Shown here: positions 60,070 through 64,000 of the stretch, piece by piece | How positions within the stretch are numbered: the first letter of the stretch is position 1 | Layout: each line of letters opens with the position of its first letter | Assembly (NCBI GenBank): GCA_950097015.1 | Contig: CATNEN010000010.1 | Location: 3,286,001-3,350,000 of the forward strand | Direction of reading: 5' to 3' | DNA length: 64,000 nucleotides | Source: Macrostomum hystrix | Lineage: Eukaryota > Animalia > Platyhelminthes | The notes under the pieces: model-generated | Databases searched by the model: none | Seen by the model: the letters and a program-made list of their open reading frames with translations, nothing else | What the model was told of the DNA's origin: nothing | Made by a program: the position numbers and the translations under genes

Positions 60070-61270
60070 GGCATTAGTAGTGCTGATATCAGGGATTAGT
60101 AGTGCTGAGATCAGGGATTAGTAGTGCTGAGATCAGGGATTAGTAGTGCTGAGATCAGGGATTAGTAGTGCTGAGATCCAGGGATTAGTAGTGCTGAGAT
60201 CAGGGATTAGTAGTACTGAGATCAGGGATTAGTAGTGCTGAGATCAGGGATTAGTAGTGCTGAGATCAGTGATTAGTAGTGCTGAGATCAGTGATTAGTA
60301 GTGCTGAGATCAGGGATTAGTAGTGCTGATATCAGGGATTAGTAGTGCTGAGATCAGGGATTAGTAGTGCTGAGATCAGGGATTAGTAGTGCTGATATCA
60401 GGGATTAGTAGGTGCTGAGATCAGGGATTAGTAGTGCTGAGATCAGGGATTAGTAGTGCTGAGATCAGGGATTAGTAGTGCTGAGATCAGGGATTAGTAG
60501 TGCTGAGATCAGGGATTAGTAGTGCTGAGATCAGGGATTAGTAGTGCTGAGATCAGGGATTAGTAGTACTGAGATCAGGGATTAGTAGTGCTGAGATCAG
60601 GGATTAGTAGTGCTGAGATCAGTGATTAGTAGTGCTGAGATCAGTGATTAGTAGTGCTGAGATCAGGGATTAGTAGTGCTGATATCAGGGATTAGTAGTG
60701 CTGAGATCAGGGAATTAGTAGTGCTGAGATCAGGGATTAGTAGTGCTGATATCAGGGATTAGTAGTGCTGAGATCAGGGATTAGTAGTGCTGAGATCAGG
60801 GATTAGTAGTGCTGAGATCAGGGATTAGTAGTGCTGATATCAGGGATTAGTAGTGCTGAGATCAGGGATTAGTAGTGCTGAGATCAGGGATTAGTAATGC
60901 TGAGATCAGGGATTAGTAGTGCTGAGATCAGGGATTAGTAGTGCTGAGATCAGGGATTAGTAGTGCTGAGATCAGTGATTAGTAGTGCTGAGATCAGGGA
61001 TTAGTAGTGCTGAGATCAGGGATTAGTAGTGCTGAGATCAGGGATTAGTAGTGCTGATATCAGGGATTAGTAGTGCTGAGATCAGGGATTAGTAGTGCTG
61101 AGATCAGGGATTAGTAATGCTGAGATCAGGGATTAGTAGTGCTGAGATCAGGGATTAGTAGTGCTGAGATCAGGGATTAGTAGTGCTGAGATCAGTGATT
61201 AGTAGTGCTGAGATCAGGGATTAGTAGTGCTGAGATCAGGGATTAGTGGTGCTGAGATCAGGGATTAGAG
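60070..61270. repeat. 22-bp minisatellite (GGGATTAGTAGTGCTGAGATCA) between TOPBP1 and CCM2
   Basis: Tandem copies read directly. Confidence 0.96.
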
Positions 61271-61375
61271 TACTCGGGAGTTATCAGGACCAGGGAATAG
61301 GAGTATTAACATCATTCAATAGGTCCTAGTCATTGCGATCCATTGATTATTATGTTTTCTAAAAACCCAGCATTA

Positions 61376-61392
61376 ATCTCTAACTGTTTCAG
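61376..61392 (+). promoter_or_regulatory. Candidate trans-splice acceptor of CCM2
   Basis: CTAAC branch-like motif plus TGTTTCAG ending 18 nt before ATG 61411. Confidence 0.45.
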
Positions 61393-61410
61393 TCTATCCG
61401 TCACAACTCG

Positions 61411-63214
61411 ATGCTGAACCGCCTCTGGCCAGCGGGTCCTGACAGGCGGCGGCAGCGGCGGAGGCAGCAGCGCCGGCTTCTTCAGGGCTGCCAGAATCGT
61501 TTCTGGCGCCGCCAGACTTTCAGGTAGAAAAAAGGATGCCACGGAGGCCACTGTATTACTGGCAGTAGTATGCTAGTAGCATATCTGTCAAACCAACGCA
61601 TCATCCAATTCTCCCATTCCCGACGCAACAGGTCAATCCAAGCGTGCTAATCGACTCCTACCTGGAGTGGCCGGTCCGCCTGCTGGGCTCCCTGTCTGGT
61701 GTGCGCAGCAATCGGGACATCAGCAACCGGGCCTACCTGCTCAGCTTGGTAGACTCAATCGAGCGCGGTGTCCGCGGCTCCAGAGCTCCGCCAGTTGACG
61801 CCCTGCTCAGCCTCAGCGTGTCGGGCGTGAGGCTTGAGCGCCGGCCGCCGCCGACGCCGCCGCAACAGCAACAGCAAGCTGCAGCAGCCGTCCCAGCCAG
61901 ATGTGCTGCTCAGGGTGCCTGTCTCCCAGCTACTCGCTGTCGCCTACGTTCGAGACTCCGACAGGCACCTGCTGGCTCTGCACTTCAGCCCTGACGCTGC
62001 GGGTACTAGCCAGCTCTGCGCAATGGCTGTCTATGCCAGGATTCACGCTCAGGTTAGTCTGTGAAAGGAAATGCTCTTAACCAGGCTAACCGGTGTTTGT
62101 GGATGTCAACCAGGCTAACCGGTGTTGGGGTTGTCAGCCAGGCTAACCGGTGTTTGTGGATGTCAACCAGGCTAACCGGTGTTGTGGATGTCAACCAGGC
62201 TAACCGGTGTTGGGGTTGTCAGCCAGGCTAACCGGTGTTGTGGATGTCAACCAGGCTAAACGGTGTTGTGGATGTCAACCAGGCTAAACGGTGTTGTGGA
62301 TGTCAACGAGGCTAATCGGTGTTCTGGATGTCAACCAGGCTAACCGGTGTTGTGGATGTCAACCAGGCTAACCGGTGTTGGGGTTGTCAGCCAGGCTAAC
62401 CGGTGTTGTGGATGTCAACCAGGCTAAACGGTGTTGTGGATGTCAACCAGGCTAAACGGTGTTGTGGATGTCAACGAGGCTAATCGGTGTTCTGGATGTC
62501 AGCCAGGCTAACCGGTGTTGTGGATGTGACCAGGCTAACCGGTGTTGGGGTTGTCAACCGTAAATGACGTGCTGAGGCCAAGCCGTTAATCAATTTCAGC
62601 AAGTTACTCCTTGTTTGTGCCTTTGTCTAGGAGGCCTGCGCGGTGGCCCGTCAGCTGCTGCAGCTGGCCTACACGGAGGCCACTCTGGAATTCTTCGACC
62701 GGGCTCTGGGCGGCGCCGCTTCAACAACTTCCGGCGCTCCGTCAGCTTCAGGCGCTTCAATCCTCGGCGTGCCCGGCGCTGGCAGCGGGGAGTCAAACGC
62801 CACCCCTGTGACATCGGACAACCAGCAGTCCGGTGTTCAACAGGCGGGACAGTCCCCAGGAGGCGGTCAGCAGCCTAGCTGGCAGCCTGGCCTCAAGCCT
62901 CACCAAGCAGGAGCTGGTACTGTTCGGTCAGCTGTTCAGTCCTGGTCCTCCGGCGCCTCCTCCTTCTCTGGCAGTGTCAGGCCCCAGCTGGAGCGCCTGT
63001 TCCCGGCCGAGCGCAGCCACCTCCTGCTAGGCCTCCGGCCCTTCATTCCAGCCAGGGACCAGGCGGCTTTCGACGACTTCCTGCACGACAGGGGGCTGCG
63101 ACCGTCCGGCTACAGCCGCTCGGTCAGCATCGGCAGCACCGCCAGCAGCGGTCCGCAGTCGCGACTCCAGCGAGATCGACATGGATCAGGCCCTCGGCTC
63201 CATCGTATGCTCAG
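61411..63214 (+). CDS. CCM2: CCM2/malcavernin-family PTB+HHD protein; exons about 61411-61523, 61632-62052, 62631-about 63214, with several apparent 1-bp indels; 3' end uncertain
   Basis: LAPPDFQ|VNPSVLIDSYLEWPVRLLG; DALLSLSVSGVRL; VLLRVPVSQLLAVAYVRDSDRHLL; LLQLAYTEATLEFFDRA; HLLLGLRPFIPARDQAAFDDFL match CCM2/CCM2L motifs. Confidence 0.88.
62075..62560. repeat. 28-bp minisatellite in CCM2 intron 2 (CAACCAGGCTAACCGGTGTTGTGGATGT)
   Basis: Tandem copies; most contain CTAAC. Confidence 0.93.
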
Positions 63215-63249
63215 GTGCGCTGGTGTACTGCCGTGTAGTCTAGCCAATG

Positions 63250-64000
63250 CCCACATCCCCACACCCATCAAGCTCATCCCACACCCAGCTAGCCTCATCC
63301 TACACCCAGCTAGCCTCATCCAACATCCATCAAGCCTCATCCCACACCCAGCTAGCCTCATCCACACCCAGCTAGCCTCATCCCACACCCATCAAGCCTC
63401 ATCCCACACCCAGCTAGCCTCATCCCACACCATCAAGCTCATCCCACACCCAGCTAGCCTCATCCCACACCCATCAAGCCTCATCCCACACCCAGCTAGT
63501 CTCATCCCACACCCAGCTAGCCTCATCCCACACCCAGCTAGCCTCATCCCATACCCAGCTAGCCTCATCCCACACCCATCAAGCCTCATCCCACATCCAG
63601 CTAGCCTCATCCAACATCCATCAAGCCTCATCCCACACCCAGCTAGCCTCATCCCACACCCAGCTAGCCTCATCCCACACCCATCAAGCCTCATCCCACA
63701 CCCAGCTAGCCTCATCCCACACCCATCAAGCCTCTCCCACACCCAGCTAGTCTCATCCCACACCCAGCTAGCCTCATCCCACACCCAGCTAGCCTCATCC
63801 CATACCCAGCTAGCCTCATCCCACACCCATCAAGCCTCATCCCACATCCAGCTAGCCTCATCCCACGTCCAGCTAGCCTCATCCCACACCCATCAAGCCT
63901 CATCCCACACCCAGCTAGCCTCATCTTACACCCAGCTAGCCTCATCCCACACCCAGCTAGCCTCATCCACACCCAGCTAGCCTCATCCCACACCCATCAA
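63250..64000. repeat. 21-bp minisatellite (CCCACACCCAGCTAGCCTCAT), running off the window end
   Basis: Tandem copies read directly. Confidence 0.93.

Noticed and set aside
61330-61551. Minus-strand 73-aa ORF
   Set aside because: Antisense to CCM2 exon 1, which has the supporting acceptor, donor and PPDF motif.

Overview
Eukaryotic (metazoan) genomic DNA with GC-rich exons, AT-rich intergenic islands and about 20 different minisatellites that fill most long introns. This style suggests a flatworm such as Macrostomum, which is an inference and not proven. Seven recognisable genes were reconstructed by hand: an ID/emc-like HLH gene (-), asp/ASPM (+, 7 exons), AXDND1 (-, 11 exons), SPATA6 (-), ACAA2 thiolase (+), TOPBP1 (+) and CCM2 (+, probably continuing past the window). 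An eighth, unrecognised gene encodes a secreted Trp/Asn/Gly heptad-repeat protein (-). Mobile DNA includes tRNA-derived SINEs of at least two families, CORE-like SINE fragments and a Penelope-type fragment carrying a minimal hammerhead ribozyme. Main highlights: (1) ACAA2 has no start codon of its own and begins in phase 0 right after an unpaired splice acceptor, as expected if the AUG-terminated flatworm spliced leader supplies the initiator Met; similar in-frame acceptors precede TOPBP1, CCM2 and SPATA6, suggesting trans-spliced operons. (2) The novel W-N-N-G-G repeat secreted protein. (3) An approximately 65x EQERL repeat inside the ASPM IQ region. (4) Many 1-bp frameshifts confined to genes beyond 47.8 kb. 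Exon boundaries were counted by hand, repeat boundaries are approximate, and homology calls rest on recalled motifs rather than database searches.
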